DNA of 64,000 bases from Pyrinomonadaceae bacterium (GCA_036388915.1 DASVQX010000033.1:4755-68754), one strand, 5' to 3'. Numbered from the stretch's first letter, positions 42,655 through 52,839 are shown. Numbers and translations are program-made. The notes: generated from the sequence alone by a model not told the origin.

Positions 42655-44469
42655 TCACTCGCCTTCGATTCGGATGTGCAGCTCTTCGAGCTGGTGCGGG
42701 TCGAGCGCGCCGGGGGCGTCGATCATCAGGTCGGCGGCCGAGGCCGTCTTGGGGAAGGCCATCAGGTCGCGGATGTTGTCGATGCCGGTCAGCGCCATCA
42801 GCGTGCGCTCGATGCCGGCGGCGATGCCGCCGTGCGGCGGCGTGCCGTACTCCAAGGCGTCTAAGAAGAAGCCGAAGCGCTCGCGCGCCTTCTCTTCGGT
42901 CAGCCCCAGCGCCTTGAAGACGAGCCGCTGCACGTCGCGCCGGTGGATGCGGATCGAGCCGCCCGCGACCTCGATGCCGTTGACGACCGCGTCGTAAGCC
43001 TTCGCGCGAATCTCGCCGAACAGTTCGGTCTCGCCGCCCGCGACCGCGCGCTCGAACTTCTCAAGGTCTTCGTCCACCGGCGAGGTGAACGGGTGGTGCA
43101 TCGGGTAGTGACGGCCGTCCTCCGCGTGGAACTCGAACATCGGGAACTCGGTCACCCACAGCGGCGCGAACGTGTTCGGCTTGATTAACTTCTCGCGCCG
43201 CGCGACCTCGTTGCGCAGCGCGCCCAAAGCAGCCGCGACGACCGAACTCTTCCCGGCGACGACGAGCACCGCGTCGCCCTTCCCCGCCCCCGCCTGCGCG
43301 GCGAGTCGCGTCACCGCCTCTTCGCCCAGCGCCTTCAGGAGCGAAGACGCAAGCTCGTCGCCTAATTTCACCCACGCGAGCGCGCCCGCGCCGTAGCGTT
43401 TGACGACCTCCTGCAACTCGTCGAGCTGTTTGCGCGACAGGTGCGCGCCGCCCGTGACGACCAGCCCCTTGACCTCGCCGCCCGCTTCGAGCGCCGACGC
43501 GAAGGGCGCGAACGTCGTCCCCGCGAGCGCGGGCGCGAGGTCTTGCAGCTCCATCCCGAAGCGCAGGTCGGGCTTGTCCACGCCGAAGCGTCGCATCGCC
43601 TCGCCGTACGAGAGGCGCGGGAACGGCGTCTCAAGCTCCGCGCCGACGAGCCGGAAGACGCGTACGAGTAAGCCCTCGATCAAGCGGTAGACCTGCTCGC
43701 GCGTGGCGAAGCTGAACTCAACGTCCAACTGCGTAAACTCGGGCTGGCGGTCGGCCCGCAGGTCTTCGTCGCGGAAGCAGCGCGCGATCTGGTAGTACTT
43801 GTCCAGCCCCGCGATCATGCAAATCTGTTTGAAGATTTGCGGCGACTGCGGCAGCGCGTAGAAGCGGCCGGCGTAGAGGCGCGACGGCACGACGTAGTCG
43901 CGCGCGCCCTCGGGCGTGGACTTGATGAGGATGGGCGTCTCGATCTCGGTGAAGCCCTGCTCGTCCATGTAGCGGTGTATCTCGCCGACCGTCCGGGCGC
44001 GAAGCCGCAGGACGTTCTGGAAGAAGGGGCGGCGCAGATCGAGATAGCGGTACTTGAGCCGCACGTCCTCGGCGGCGAGCTTGTCGGGCGGCGCGTCGAG
44101 CTGGAAGGGCGGCGTGCGCGCCTCGTTCAGGATGAGGATTTCACGCGCCTGCACCTCGACCTCGCCCGTCCCTATCTTCGGGTTGCGCGCCGACTCGTCG
44201 CGGAGCACGACCTCGCCCGTCACGGCGATGACGTACTCGCCGCGCACCTCTTTGGCGCGCGCGTGCGCCTCGGGCGCGTCCTCGGCGTCGAAGACGATCT
44301 GCGTCAGCCCGTCGCGGTCGCGCAGGTCAACGAACGTCAGCGGCCCGAAGTCGCGGCGCACCGCGACCCAGCCCATCAAAACGACTGTCTGCCCGGCGTC
44401 CGCCGCGCGCAAAGCCCCGCACGAGTGCGTGCGTTCCAGTTCCCCCAAGTGGTCGAGAGTAGCCATCAA
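42655..44469 (-). CDS. aspS: Aspartyl-tRNA synthetase
   Basis: 604 aa with an OB-fold N-terminus (VVLMGWVAVRRDFGPLTFVDLRDRDG). Class II motifs are FRDEDLRADRQPEFTQLD, GGSIRIH and PPHGGIAAGIERTLM. Confidence 0.95.
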   Translation of the reverse strand: MMATLDHLGELERTHSCGALRAADAGQTVVLMGWVAVRRDFGPLTFVDLRDRDGLTQIVFDAEDAPEAHARAKEVRGEYVIAVTGEVVLRDESARNPKIGTGEVEVQAREILILNEARTPPFQLDAPPDKLAAEDVRLKYRYLDLRRPFFQNVLRLRARTVGEIHRYMDEQGFTEIETPILIKSTPEGARDYVVPSRLYAGRFYALPQSPQIFKQICMIAGLDKYYQIARCFRDEDLRADRQPEFTQLDVEFSFATREQVYRLIEGLLVRVFRLVGAELETPFPRLSYGEAMRRFGVDKPDLRFGMELQDLAPALAGTTFAPFASALEAGGEVKGLVVTGGAHLSRKQLDELQEVVKRYGAGALAWVKLGDELASSLLKALGEEAVTRLAAQAGAGKGDAVLVVAGKSSVVAAALGALRNEVARREKLIKPNTFAPLWVTEFPMFEFHAEDGRHYPMHHPFTSPVDEDLEKFERAVAGGETELFGEIRAKAYDAVVNGIEVAGGSIRIHRRDVQRLVFKALGLTEEKARERFGFFLDALEYGTPPHGGIAAGIERTLMALTGIDNIRDLMAFPKTASAADLMIDAPGALDPHQLEELHIRIEGE

Positions 44470-44494
44470 ATCCTCATCCCTATTAAGCCGTTTA

Positions 44495-45913
44495 TTAAGA
44501 CTTGCCGCCGCCGAACCTCTCGGAAAGAATCGCGGCGGCGTGCGCGCGCGCGACCAGTTCCTGCCCGCCGGTCTTCATCTCCTTGAGCGCGACCTCGCCG
44601 CGCGCGCGCTCGTCGTCGCCGATGACGACGACGAAGGGGACGCCGCGCGCCGAGGCGTACTTGAGCTGCTTGCCGAGCTTGTCCGCCTCCGGGTAAACGT
44701 CCACGCGCAGGGCCGGCGCCTCGCGTCGCAGCTCCGAGGCGAAGGCGAGCGAATCCTTAACAGACTCCTCGTCCCAGACCGTGACCAGCACGTCGGCCGC
44801 CGCGCGCTCCAAGTCCTCGGGGAACATTCCGCGCTCGGTCATCACGACGATGATGCGCTCAAGCCCCAGCGAGAAGCCGCACGCGGGGATGTCCTTCCCC
44901 GAGAACATGCCGACGAGGTTGTCGTAGCGCCCGCCGCCGCCGAGCGAGCCGGCGAGGTCGGGCACGCTGATCTCCATGATGGCGCCGGTGTAGTAGGAGA
45001 GCCCGCGCGCGAGCGACGGATCGATCTTAATCCTGTCGGCGGCGCCGTAGGCCGCGGCGTACTCGACGACGCGGCGCAGCTCGTCCACGCCGCGCGCGCC
45101 CGCGTCGTTGTCGCCGATGAACTCGACCAGCCGGCCCAGCGCCGCCCGGTTGTAGGCTTCGGCCTTCGAGACCTCCGCCCCGACATCGCCGCCCGCGATG
45201 AACTCGGCGGCGTGTTCCAGCGCCGGCAGATTCTCGAAGAAGCCGAGCAACTCCTCGCCGCTCTCGGGACGGATGCCGCGCCCGGCCAGCTCGCGCGCCA
45301 CGCCCTCGCGCCCGATCTTGTCGAGCTTGTCGAGCGCGACCAGTGCCTCGCCGTGGCTCTCGGCCGGGACGCCCGCCGCCTCCAACACGCCCGCGAGCAC
45401 CTGCCGGTGGTTGAGGCGGATGGTGAAGTCGTTAAAGCCGAGCGTGCGGAGCACGTCGCTCGCGGCGGCGCACATTTCGGCCTCGACGATTGCGGAGCGC
45501 GTGCCGACCACGTCCACGTCGCACTGGTAGAACTCGCGGAAGCGCCCACGCGCGGGGCGGTCGGCGCGCCAGACGGGCTGAATCTGGTAGCGCTTGAAAA
45601 ACTTCGGGAGCCGTTCGCCGTACTCGGCGACGACGCGCGCCAGCGGCACCGTCAAGTCGTAGCGCAGCGCCAGGTCGGCCTCGCCCGTCTTCTCGTGCTC
45701 GCCGCGCTTGAGGATTTTGAAGATGAGCTGGTTGCCCTCTTCGCCGTACTTCCCCAGCAGCGTCTCGATGTTCTCGACCGCCGGCGTCTCCAGCGGCTCG
45801 AAGCCGTAACGCTCGTACGTCCCCTTAATCACACGGATGACGTACTCGCGCTTGCGCAAGTCCGACGGGAGGAAGTCGCGCATCCCGCGCGCCGGTTGTG
45901 TCTTGGCTGCCAT
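44495..45913 (-). CDS. hisS: Histidyl-tRNA synthetase
   Basis: RGMRDFLP, YQIQPVWRADRPARGRFREFYQCDVD, GGGGRYDNLVG and an anticodon-binding C-terminus. Confidence 0.95.
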   Translation of the reverse strand: MAAKTQPARGMRDFLPSDLRKREYVIRVIKGTYERYGFEPLETPAVENIETLLGKYGEEGNQLIFKILKRGEHEKTGEADLALRYDLTVPLARVVAEYGERLPKFFKRYQIQPVWRADRPARGRFREFYQCDVDVVGTRSAIVEAEMCAAASDVLRTLGFNDFTIRLNHRQVLAGVLEAAGVPAESHGEALVALDKLDKIGREGVARELAGRGIRPESGEELLGFFENLPALEHAAEFIAGGDVGAEVSKAEAYNRAALGRLVEFIGDNDAGARGVDELRRVVEYAAAYGAADRIKIDPSLARGLSYYTGAIMEISVPDLAGSLGGGGRYDNLVGMFSGKDIPACGFSLGLERIIVVMTERGMFPEDLERAAADVLVTVWDEESVKDSLAFASELRREAPALRVDVYPEADKLGKQLKYASARGVPFVVVIGDDERARGEVALKEMKTGGQELVARAHAAAILSERFGGGKS

Positions 45914-45934
45914 CTGCCCCCGAAGAGAATAACC

Positions 45935-46627
45935 TTACCTGAAGATTGAGAAGCCGACGTAGAACAGGTTCGAGTCGAAGCCGGGGTTCACGTCGGCGCG
46001 GTAGCCGTTCGAGACGTGGTGGTAACGATAGCCGACCGTCCACGCGCGGCGCGCGCCCGTCTTCCACTGCACCCCGCCGCCGAAGTCGGCCGTGAAGTTG
46101 AACTGCGCGCCGCGCTCGTCGGGGATGCGCTCGCCGAAGTAGAGGAAGCCGCCCGAGCCTTGCGCGAAGAGCTGCACGCGCTCGCGCCGCCGGAAGTTGA
46201 GCTGGAAGCCGACGGGCGACAACCCCGCGCCCGTGATGGTGCGCCGCACACGCCGGAAGCCGCCCGGCTCCGGCTCGACGCCGGGGAACGAGAGCGCCGC
46301 CACCGGCACCGCGTCCAACGTGTACTTGAGCGAGAGGCTGTCGCCGCGCGCCAGCACGCGGGCGTAGCGGAAGCCGAGCAGCCCGAAGCGCGTGCCCTCG
46401 GTCTTCCCGATGAGCGTCGGCGCGCTGAAGGAGCCGCCGCCCCAGAAGCCGAACTCGTTGACGGCCTTCTCCATCCCGAACGCGCCGCCCGCGCGCTGGC
46501 CGGCGGCGGCCGTCTCTTCCGGCTCGGCGAGCAGACTCGACGCCTGCTGCGCGCGCGCCGCGCCGCCCCCTAACAGGAGCGCCAGAAGGACGCCGGCGAA
46601 ACTGGCTGTGTGGCGCATGGCTCTCAC
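45935..46627 (-). CDS. Outer-membrane acyloxyacyl hydrolase (PagL-like lipid A deacylase family)
   Basis: Signal peptide, beta-strand alternation, and a conserved tail GYRYHHVSNGYRADVNPGFDSNLFYVGFSIFR with the HxSN catalytic context. Confidence 0.65.
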   Translation of the reverse strand: MRAMRHTASFAGVLLALLLGGGAARAQQASSLLAEPEETAAAGQRAGGAFGMEKAVNEFGFWGGGSFSAPTLIGKTEGTRFGLLGFRYARVLARGDSLSLKYTLDAVPVAALSFPGVEPEPGGFRRVRRTITGAGLSPVGFQLNFRRRERVQLFAQGSGGFLYFGERIPDERGAQFNFTADFGGGVQWKTGARRAWTVGYRYHHVSNGYRADVNPGFDSNLFYVGFSIFR

Positions 46628-46666
46628 CCCTCCGGCCCGGCCGTCGCGGGCGGCTCAAAGGCGGCG

Positions 46667-47197
46667 TCAGCTTGCCTCGGTTATCCCGTACTCCTCGCGG
46701 TAGACGCGCGTGTACTCGACGTAGTTCTTCCAGAAGGTGTCGAGGTCGGCGACCTCCGCGTCGCTCAAAGGTCGCTTGACGCGCGCCGGCACGCCCATGA
46801 CGAGCGAGCGCGGCGGGACGATTGTTCCGGGGCTGAGCAGCGCGCCGGCCGCGACCAGCGAGTGCTCGCCCACGCGGCACCCGTCCATCACGATGGAGCC
46901 GATGCCGACGAGGCACCCGCGCTCGACGTGGCAGCCGTGCAGCGTGACGTTGTGCCCGACCGTCACCTCGTCTTCGAGGATGGTGGCGTGCGTCCCGTTC
47001 GAGACGTGGATGACCGTGCCGTCCTGCACGTTCGTGCGGTCGCCGATGCGGATGTGGAAAACGTCGCCGCGCACGACCGCGCCGAACCAGACGGACGAGT
47101 GCTCGCCGACGTGCACGTCGCCGACGACCTGCGCGCTCTCCTCGATGAACGCGGTCGGGTGAATCCGCGGGCTGACGCCCCTGAACGGTCGAATCAT
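46667..47197 (-). CDS. Gamma-class carbonic anhydrase family / hexapeptide-repeat protein
   Basis: PRIHPTAFIEESAQVVGDVHVGEHSSVWFGAVVRGD..IRIGDRTNVQDGTVIH, the left-handed beta-helix pattern of the YrdA/PaaY family. Confidence 0.85.
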   Translation of the reverse strand: MIRPFRGVSPRIHPTAFIEESAQVVGDVHVGEHSSVWFGAVVRGDVFHIRIGDRTNVQDGTVIHVSNGTHATILEDEVTVGHNVTLHGCHVERGCLVGIGSIVMDGCRVGEHSLVAAGALLSPGTIVPPRSLVMGVPARVKRPLSDAEVADLDTFWKNYVEYTRVYREEYGITEAS

Positions 47198-47300
47198 CGC
47201 GTTTGACCTGTTGACGGCGTGACAAAACGATCCCGGCCGCCTCTCCGTGAAAGCGAAAACGGTAGCACGCGCCGCTCGCGCCGGGCAAGCAAGACCACTG

Positions 47301-47309
47301 TGCTACAAT
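47301..47309 (+). promoter_or_regulatory. Candidate extended -10 element (TGCTACAAT)
   Basis: tgctacaat lies about 50 nt upstream of the ATG at 47359 in a divergent intergenic region. Confidence 0.3.
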
Positions 47310-47358
47310 CGCCCGGCGCCGATCCCGCTCGCCACCGCCCGCGGTTCCGATACTTCAG

Positions 47359-49314
47359 ATGAAAGTGCCGTCCCCCCGACTCCTTCTCTTCGTCGCGCTG
47401 CTGGCGGCGCTGGCGTCGTCCGCACCTCGCGGCGCGCGCGTACAGGGGCGGAGCGCGGGCGCGTGGCTGAGCGTGCGGTCGCAAAACTTCCTCGTCGAAG
47501 GCGAGGCGCGCGAGCGCGATTTGCGCCGCGTGGCCGCCCGACTCGAAGAGTACCGCGCGGCCTTCTCGCGTCTGCTCCCCGGCGGGCCGGGCGACACGGG
47601 CGTCCCCACGGCGGTCGTCGTCTTCCCCGGCGACGACGCTTACGCCCCCTTCAAGCCGCTGCTCGGCGGGCGCACCGCGCGCAACGTGGCCGGCTACTTC
47701 CAGCCCAACTCGGACATCAACTACATCACCGTCGTCCTCGACGGCGACGCGACGCGCGACCCCGCGACGCTCGTCCACGAATACACGCACCTGCTCGTCG
47801 ATAACTACTTCAGCGCCGCGCCGCTCTGGCTCAAGGAGGGCTTGGCCGAGTTCTACAGCACGGCGCGCGTCACGGAGGGCGGGCGCCGCCTGACGCTCGG
47901 CGAGCCGCCCGAGCCGCGCGTGCGCGAGCTGCGCGCGCGCGGCGAACTGCTCCCGCTCGCCACGCTCTTCGCCGTCAACCAGTCGTCGCCCTTCTACTCG
48001 GAGTCGGGCAAGCTCGGGCTTTTCTACGCGCAGTCGTGGGCGCTCGTCCACTACCTCTCGGAGGTGCGCGGCGGCGCGCGGCGTGAGGGGCTGACGCGCT
48101 TTACCGCGTCGCTCGCCGATGGTCAGACGGTCGAGGACGCGCTGCGCGCGGCGTTCGGCGCGGGCGTCTCCGAAATAGAAGTGGGGCTCGCGGCCTACGT
48201 GCGCGCGGGGCGCTTCCGCGCGTCGGCGGAAGAGTTCGCGCGCCCGCTCGACTTCGACGCGCGGCTCTCGGCGCGGCCGCTCGCCGGCGCGGAGACGCTG
48301 GCGCGGCTCGGCGACCTGCTGCTCCACACGGGTCGCTACGACGAGGCCGAGGGCTTCCTCACGCGCGCGCTCGAACTCGACTCTAAGCTCGCGCCGGCGC
48401 GCGTCTCGCTCGGCGCGCTGCGGCTGCGGCAGGGTCGGCACGCGGAGGCGCGCGAGCTACTGGAGCGGGCGGCAGCAGAAGACCCCTCCGACCACCTCGC
48501 GCACTACCACCTCGCCGACGCGCTCCACCGAGAGGGGGCGACGCCCGGCGACGCCGACCTCACGCCCAAAGATTTCGAGGAGCGGACGGAGCTGATCCGC
48601 TCGCACCTGCGCCGCGCGTCGGAGCTGGCGCCCCTGTTCGTCGAGCCGTACAGGCTTCTGGCGGCGGTCGAGATGGAGCGCGGCGACCGTTACGCGGAGG
48701 CGGCCGCGCTTCTGCGTCGCGCGTCGGCGCTCGCCCCGCGCCGCGCTGACCTCGTCCTCATGCTGGCGCAGGCCGAGATGCTCGGCGGACGCTTTGACGA
48801 GGCGCGCCGCCTCGCCGAGCCACACGCCCGCCGCTCGGCGGACGAGCGGATGCGCGAGCAGGCCGCCGCGCTCGTCGCGCGCATCGAATCGCGCCGCGGG
48901 CAGGCCGAGTCGGAGAGGAGACGTGCCGACGAGACTTCGCGCGCCGAGGCGTCGGAGGCCGTGGCGGCGCAGCCCTGCGACCTCCCCGTGCGCGGCGGGC
49001 CGCAGCACAAGCGTCTGCGCTTCGAGGGCTCGCAGGTGTGCGGCCGTCTGGCCGAGATCGAGTGCGCCGACGTGGGCGTCGTGCTCCGCGTCGAGACGGC
49101 CGGCGGCACACTCCGCCTGCGCGCCGAAGACCTGCGCGGCATCCGCTTCATCACCTACACGACGGCGGTCAAGACCGGCCGCCTCGAATGCGGCCCGCGC
49201 GAGCGCGCCGACCACGTCCTCGTCACCTACCGCTCCGACGCGCGCGCCGGAGGCTCCTCCGACGGCCAAGCCGTCGCCGTCGAGTTCATCCCCGAAGACT
49301 GGAACCCCCGGTGA
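47359..49314 (+). CDS. Secreted peptidase-MA-like (HEYTH) domain plus TPR repeat protein
   Basis: Signal peptide, TLVHEYTHLLVDNYF..WLKEGLAEFY, then TPR-like repeats (ETLARLGDLLLHTGRYDEAEGFLTRALELD etc.). Confidence 0.75.
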   Translation: MKVPSPRLLLFVALLAALASSAPRGARVQGRSAGAWLSVRSQNFLVEGEARERDLRRVAARLEEYRAAFSRLLPGGPGDTGVPTAVVVFPGDDAYAPFKPLLGGRTARNVAGYFQPNSDINYITVVLDGDATRDPATLVHEYTHLLVDNYFSAAPLWLKEGLAEFYSTARVTEGGRRLTLGEPPEPRVRELRARGELLPLATLFAVNQSSPFYSESGKLGLFYAQSWALVHYLSEVRGGARREGLTRFTASLADGQTVEDALRAAFGAGVSEIEVGLAAYVRAGRFRASAEEFARPLDFDARLSARPLAGAETLARLGDLLLHTGRYDEAEGFLTRALELDSKLAPARVSLGALRLRQGRHAEARELLERAAAEDPSDHLAHYHLADALHREGATPGDADLTPKDFEERTELIRSHLRRASELAPLFVEPYRLLAAVEMERGDRYAEAAALLRRASALAPRRADLVLMLAQAEMLGGRFDEARRLAEPHARRSADERMREQAAALVARIESRRGQAESERRRADETSRAEASEAVAAQPCDLPVRGGPQHKRLRFEGSQVCGRLAEIECADVGVVLRVETAGGTLRLRAEDLRGIRFITYTTAVKTGRLECGPRERADHVLVTYRSDARAGGSSDGQAVAVEFIPEDWNPR

Positions 49315-49348
49315 GAATTTGAAATTTCAAATTTGAAATTTCAAATTC
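49315..49348. repeat. Perfect 34-nt AT-rich palindrome, family E copy 2
   Basis: gaatttgaaatttcaaatttgaaatttcaaattc equals its own reverse complement. It starts 1 nt after the TGA at 49312-49314 and ends 19 nt before the ATG at 49368. Confidence 0.9.
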
Positions 49349-49367
49349 TGATGTATAACCACGCCCG

Positions 49368-50723
49368 ATGACTCGTCATGAAGATGATGCGGTGAGTCGC
49401 GGACTCGCCCGCCGGCTCGGGCCGTTCGACGCGACGATGATCGTGATGGGCGGCATCATCGGGTCGGGCATCTTCGTCAACCCGCACGTCGTCGCGCGAC
49501 AGGTGCACACGCCGTTCCTCATCCTCGGCGCGTGGCTCGCGGGCGGCGCGGTCGCGCTGGCCGGCGCCTTCGTCTACGCCGAGCTGGCCGCGCGGCGCCC
49601 CGAGGTCGGCGGGCAGTACGCGTACTTGCGCGAGGCGTTCCACCCCTCGGTCGCCTTCCTCTACGGCTGGGCGCTGCTGCTCGTCATCCAGACGGGCGGG
49701 ATGGCGGCGGTCGCCGTCACCTTCGCGCGCTACTTCTCCGAGCTGACCGGCACGACGTTGCCCGACTGGGGCGTGGCCGCCGCGACGCTCGCCGTCCTCA
49801 CGGCCGTCAACTGCCTCGGCGTGCGCGCGGGCAGCAACGTGCAGAGCCTCTTGATGGTCTTGAAGATTCTGGCGGTGGCGGCGCTGGTCGCGTGCGGGCT
49901 GTTCGGGGTCGCGGAGCCGCGCGCGTTGACGGGAGGGCCGCTGCTCGACCGCCCAGCCTCGTTCGGCCTGCTCGCGGGCGTGGGCGCGGCGCTGACGCCG
50001 GTGATGTTCGCCTACGGCGGTTGGCAGACGGCGAGCTTCGTCTCGGGCGAGATGCGCGACCCGCGCCGCGACCTGCCGCGCGGGCTGCTGCTCGGGGTGT
50101 GTGGGGTGATACTGCTCTACACGCTGGTCAACGTCGCCAGTTTGCGCGCGCTCGGGGCCGAAGGGTTGGCCGCGACGAAGACGCCCGCCTCCGCGCTGAT
50201 GCGGCTGGCGCTGGGCGAGGCGGGCGCGCGGCTCATCGCGGTCGGCATCGCCGTCTCGACGCTCGGCTTCCTCAGTCAGAGCATGTTGACGGCGCCGCGC
50301 GTCTACTTCGCGATGGCGGAGGACGGCCTCTTCTTCCGCGGCGTCGCGCGGCTCTCGGAGCGGACGCGCGCGCCGGTCGCGGCCATCGCCTTACAGGGCT
50401 TGCTCGCCGCCGTCATCGCCTTCTGGGGGCGCTACGAGCAGATACTCGACTACGTCGTCTCGGTGGACTTCATCTGGTTCGGGCTGACGGCCCTGTCGCT
50501 CTTCGTCTTCCGCCGCCGCGCGCGCGCCGGGGTCACTGATGACGGAGGCGGCTTCCGCGTCCCCGGCCACCCGTTCACGACCGCGCTCTTCGCGGCGGCC
50601 TGCGCGCTCATCGTCGCCGCGACCGTCTACGAGCACCCGCGCAACAGCGCGCTCGGCTTCGTCATCCTCGCCTCGGGCGTCCCCGCCTACCTTCTCTGGC
50701 GCGGCCGACGCGCGCGGGGATGA
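49368..50723 (+). CDS. APC-superfamily amino acid permease
   Basis: 451 aa with about 12 TM segments and the N-terminal signature GPFDATMIVMGGIIGSGIFVNP. Confidence 0.85.
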   Translation: MTRHEDDAVSRGLARRLGPFDATMIVMGGIIGSGIFVNPHVVARQVHTPFLILGAWLAGGAVALAGAFVYAELAARRPEVGGQYAYLREAFHPSVAFLYGWALLLVIQTGGMAAVAVTFARYFSELTGTTLPDWGVAAATLAVLTAVNCLGVRAGSNVQSLLMVLKILAVAALVACGLFGVAEPRALTGGPLLDRPASFGLLAGVGAALTPVMFAYGGWQTASFVSGEMRDPRRDLPRGLLLGVCGVILLYTLVNVASLRALGAEGLAATKTPASALMRLALGEAGARLIAVGIAVSTLGFLSQSMLTAPRVYFAMAEDGLFFRGVARLSERTRAPVAAIALQGLLAAVIAFWGRYEQILDYVVSVDFIWFGLTALSLFVFRRRARAGVTDDGGGFRVPGHPFTTALFAAACALIVAATVYEHPRNSALGFVILASGVPAYLLWRGRRARG

Positions 50724-50730
50724 ACCCCCT

Positions 50731-51099
50731 CTAACTTTTCCAGCAGGCGGCGGCGAGGCAGAGCCAGCCGGCGAGGAAGGCGAGGCCGCCGAGCGGCGTG
50801 ACGGCGCCGAGCCAACGCTGACCCGTCAGCGAGAGCGCGTAGAGGCTCCCCGAGAAGACGACCGTGCCCGCGACGAAGAGCCAGCCGGCGGCCGTCGTGA
50901 GGCCCCCCGGCCACCGCGACGCCGCCCACGCCGCCGCCAGCAGCGCGAGCGCGTGGTACATCTGGTAGCGCACGCCCGTCTCGAAGACCGCGAGCATGTC
51001 CGCGCCCAGACGCTCCTTCAGCCCGTGCGCGCCGAACGCGCCCGCCGCCACGCCGGCGAACGCCGAGAGCGCGCCGATCAAGAAAAACGTTCTGTCCAT
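50731..51099 (-). CDS. DUF423 membrane protein
   Basis: Start MDRTFFLIGALSAFAGVAAGAFGAHGL (ATG 51097-51099) with AAGGAGAAGG just upstream. The track TTG start at 51123 lies inside repeat E3. Confidence 0.8.
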   Translation of the reverse strand: MDRTFFLIGALSAFAGVAAGAFGAHGLKERLGADMLAVFETGVRYQMYHALALLAAAWAASRWPGGLTTAAGWLFVAGTVVFSGSLYALSLTGQRWLGAVTPLGGLAFLAGWLCLAAACWKS

Positions 51100-51111
51100 C
51101 CTTCTCCTTAT

Positions 51112-51141
51112 CTCAAATCTCAAACCTGAACTTTCAAATTC
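51112..51141. repeat. AT-rich heptamer repeat, family E copy 3
   Basis: ctcaaatctcaaacctgaactttcaaattc between the recN stop (51142) and the DUF423 start. It shares aaatctcaaacc with copy 1. Confidence 0.6.
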
Positions 51142-52839
51142 TTAAACCGTCTTCAGCATCTCGCGTGCGTGGCGGCGCGCGGCCTCGGTGATTTCGGCGC
51201 CGGTGAGCATGCGCGCGATCTCTTCGACCTGCCGGCGGCGGTCGAGGCGGCCGATGGAGACTTCGGTGCGGCCGCCGGCGGCCTGCTTGTCCACGCGCAG
51301 GTGCGTGTCGGCGAAGCGCGCGATCTGCGCCTGGTGCGTCACGCAGAGCACCTGATTCGTGCCCGAGAGCGCCTTCAGCTTGAGGCCGACCGCCTCCGAG
51401 ACGCGCCCGCCGATGCCTGCGTCCACCTCGTCGAAGACGATGGTGCGCGGGAAGCGCGCCGGGCTGGCGCTCGTCTTCAAGACCAGCATCATGCGCGAAG
51501 CCTCGCCGCCCGAGGCGACCTTCGCCAGCGGCCGCAAAGGCTCGCCCGCGTTGGCCGAGAAGTAGAACTCGACGCGGTCGTAGCCCGAGGCCGTGAAACT
51601 CTTCGACGCCTCGTCGGCGCCGATGTCCTTGGGCGACTCGACGCGCGCCTCGAAACGCGCGTGCTCCATCGCGACCTCGCCCAGCGACGACTCGACGGCG
51701 CGCCTGAACTCGCCCGCCGACTTCACGCGCGCCTTGTGCAGCCGCGCCGCCGCCTCGACGTACGCGGCGCGCGCCTCCGCGAGCTCCCTGACGACCTCTT
51801 CGGCGCGCTCGTCCGTGCGCTCAAGCTGGCGGAGGCGCTGGCGCGAGGTCTCAAGGTGTTCGAGCGCGCTCTCAATCGTCCCGCCGTACTTGCGCTTGAG
51901 CCGCGTGAGTTCGGCGAGCCGGCTCTCTATCTCCGCCAAACGCTCGGGCGAGAAGGTCAGCCCGTCGAGGAAGTCGCGCAAGCTGACGCTCAAATCTTCG
52001 AGCACCGCGCGCGCCGTCGAGAGCCCTTCGGAGTAGTTCTTGTAAGAGGCTTCGTACTGCGAAAGCTCCTCGACCTGACGTTCGAGCCGGCTGAGGCGCG
52101 CCACCGTCGAGTCGCTCTCCTCGTAGGTCGTGTTGTAGGCGTCCGAGCTTAGCTCGGTCAGCTTCTCCAGATTCGCCAGCCGGCGCCGCTCGGCCTCCAA
52201 CTGCTCGTCCTCGCCGGGCGCGATGCGCGCCGCTTCGAGTTCGCTCACCTGAAAGCGGAGCGCGTCCGTCAGGTGAAACTTCTTCGACTCGTCGCGCCTG
52301 AGAGATTCCAGCTCGCGCTGGAGCGCTGACCAGCGGCGGTACTTCTCGCCCACGTCGCCGCGCTTGTCGGCGAGGTCGGCGAAGGCGTCGAGCAGTTCGA
52401 GGTGCGTCTCGGGGTCGAAGAGCGTCTGCTGCGTCCCCTGCCCGTGGATGTCCACGAGCAGCGGCCTTAAACTTTTAAGCAGCGAGAGCGTCGCCAGACG
52501 GTTGTTGACGAAGACGCGGCCGCGCCCCTCGGCCGAAAGCTCGCGGCGGACGACCAATTCCACGTCGCCGCCCGCGCGCGGCCCGAGGCCCGCCTCTTCG
52601 AGTATCGCCTCGACCTGCGGGTGCGCGCCGAGCGCGAACAGCCCCTCGACCGAGGCGTGGCGCTCGCCCGCGCGGATCAGCTCGGGCGAGAAGCGGTCGC
52701 CGATGAGCACGCCGAGCGCGTCCACGATGATCGACTTCCCCGACCCCGTCTCGCCCGTCAGCAGGTTCAGCCCCCGGTCGAACTCGACCTTCAGCCCGCT
52801 GATGAGCGCGAAGTTCGAGATGTTTAAGAGCGCCAGCAT
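51142..52839 (-). CDS. recN: DNA repair protein RecN
   Basis: MLALLNISNFALI..LTGETGSGKSIIVDAL (Walker A), a long coiled-coil middle, and C-terminal ASGGEASRMMLVLK / IVFDEVDAGIGG. Confidence 0.95.
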   Translation of the reverse strand: MLALLNISNFALISGLKVEFDRGLNLLTGETGSGKSIIVDALGVLIGDRFSPELIRAGERHASVEGLFALGAHPQVEAILEEAGLGPRAGGDVELVVRRELSAEGRGRVFVNNRLATLSLLKSLRPLLVDIHGQGTQQTLFDPETHLELLDAFADLADKRGDVGEKYRRWSALQRELESLRRDESKKFHLTDALRFQVSELEAARIAPGEDEQLEAERRRLANLEKLTELSSDAYNTTYEESDSTVARLSRLERQVEELSQYEASYKNYSEGLSTARAVLEDLSVSLRDFLDGLTFSPERLAEIESRLAELTRLKRKYGGTIESALEHLETSRQRLRQLERTDERAEEVVRELAEARAAYVEAAARLHKARVKSAGEFRRAVESSLGEVAMEHARFEARVESPKDIGADEASKSFTASGYDRVEFYFSANAGEPLRPLAKVASGGEASRMMLVLKTSASPARFPRTIVFDEVDAGIGGRVSEAVGLKLKALSGTNQVLCVTHQAQIARFADTHLRVDKQAAGGRTEVSIGRLDRRRQVEEIARMLTGAEITEAARRHAREMLKTV

